Source: Lingula anatina (taxonomy: Eukaryota > Animalia > Brachiopoda). Taken from it: DNA of 64,000 bases. The first letter of the stretch is position 1; every line of letters starts with the position of its first letter. The position numbers were made by a program, and so were the translations under genes. The notes below the pieces were generated by a model that was given only the letters and a program-made list of their open reading frames with translations, ran no database searches and was not told where the DNA came from. This document shows, piece after piece, positions 62,601-64,000 of the stretch. The DNA is taken from positions 56,832,788 to 56,896,787 of the forward strand of contig CM120640.1 of assembly GCA_051362555.1 (NCBI GenBank), read 5' to 3'.

Positions 62601-63701
62601 AAACTGTAGACAGGCCTGTCTGGAAAGCTGCAAACATGAGAAAACACTCAGAACAGTGTTAAAAAAATAATACACCATCTATTTAAAATACTAGAATAAT
62701 TTCAAAATGATAACAACTGTTCATTTTGAAACACATGCTACCTTATGATAACAACTGTTCATTTTGGCAGGAAAAGTGCCATAAAATTGATTTCCCTGGC
62801 AAACCTGCCCTTCAACTATTCATTGTTATTGACTTGGTTTTCCCTTCAGGCATGTAATATGGTAAAATGGCCTAAAAATCATGTTTTTGGGGTTATCTAA
62901 CATTAGATGATCAAATTTTTCAACCTGCACAGGGCAGTTGCCATGAGTGGGCAGCGCAAAGTGAATGAGTTACAACAAGCCCATTGTGTGTGTGCAGTAA
63001 CAGGGCATAAAGCAGTGAAAAAGGCAATCAAGCCAGTGGGGACAGTAAAGTTTGCCCTAAAAGTACATTTCATAATTGTTGCTTCCACGTTTCACCTTCC
63101 CTAAGCTAATTACCACTTTCCCCAAAAATGTGCATTTTTTTCACTATTGTAGCCAATGCGTTACGGTTGATGTAATAACTAAGTATAATGGGAAGCATTG
63201 CATCTAGGCTGCAGCATTGTGACATCCCAGCATCACAAATCACAAACATTGTCCCTCAATTTGAAGAATACTTAACACTAAGGTTGCAAAATTATAACTC
63301 ATGTCTCTTAGAATTAAGTTAAGAGTAGCTATCTTTAGAAATAATTAAAAATAAATATATCTCTCTTTTTTGCTTACTGATTACTCGATCCAAAAGAAGC
63401 CATGCATGTTTTTGTTTTCACTCGGTATGTGTTCTTAGATGTTCTAAGTTGCCCATGTTTGTACATGTGGCTGGTCATGAATAGTTTTGGGCCGCCATTT
63501 TGCACAGATTCTCCAACTAAAGTGGCTTTTAAGAGGCAAAAGTGCCCTTTATTTTACCTACCTTGGGCATTCAGAAGTCTATTCATGGTAAGTTAAATAT
63601 CCTAAGCAGGTGTTAAGTTTCACAGTGTGTAAAAAAAAAAACAGATGACGGTTGAAACTAACCTTACAGGACTGTCTATGGGAAAGCTGATTGGCTTTAC
63701 A

Positions 63702-63875
63702 GGGGCCGTAGCAATAGTCCGAAGGTTCAATAGTCCGAAGGTTCATTGGTCCGAATATTCACTATAGAACCTTCGGACCAATGAACCCTTGATTAAAAAA
63801 TCGATGAAAATGTTACCACTTTTCGGACCAATGAACCTTCGGACCAATGAACCTTCGGACTATCGAGACGCCCCC
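63702..63875. mobile_element. MULE-like foldback MITE with 9-bp TSD and 16-bp subterminal repeats
   Basis: GGCTTTACA|GGGGCCGTAGCAATAGTCCGAAGGTTC ... GAACCTTCGGACTATCGAGACGCCCCC|GGCTTTACA. Confidence 0.85.
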
Positions 63876-64000
63876 GGCTTTACAAATAAATTACAGGAGA
63901 GTTTGACTCGAGGAGCTGAGAGGTTAAGCAAAATATGTGAGAGCTCCCAACACGCAGCTATGTCGCAAGCTGGCCAACATTTGACAGTAATGTACGCCTT

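Noticed and set aside
63885-63980. MLASLRHSC... as mitochondrial presequence of the SSB-like gene
   Set aside because: In-frame stop after 18 codons with no good donor; the region looks like another transposon end.

Overview
AT-rich, intron-rich eukaryotic DNA. The repeat types suggest a marine invertebrate such as a mollusc-like lophotrochozoan (inference). Two spliced genes face each other tail to tail. On the + strand is an ORP5/ORP8-type oxysterol-binding-protein-related lipid transfer gene (OSBPL8-like: polybasic segment, PH domain, ORD with EQISHHPP, C-terminal TM helix). It has 21 phase-consistent exons from 5906 to 32406, plus candidate upstream and alternative first exons. On the - strand is a strongly divergent SSBP1-like (mitochondrial SSB, OB-fold) gene: four phase-consistent exons from 56517 to 35645, an acidic tail, and an unresolved 5' end. 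The rest is mostly nested mobile DNA. It includes two families of non-autonomous Helentron-type elements (HINEs), one carrying a 146-bp tandem array with a 584-bp higher-order repeat and 12 perfect nuclear-receptor DR1 motifs. There are also RTEX- and L2/Crack-like LINE remnants, CAG-terminated hAT-like elements with 5- and 6-bp TSDs, Harbinger/Tourist, Kolobok, Ginger-like, MULE-like and Tc1-like non-autonomous elements, and two long near-perfect hairpins. No rRNA, tRNA or CRISPR array was seen. All calls were made by eye; no database searches were run.
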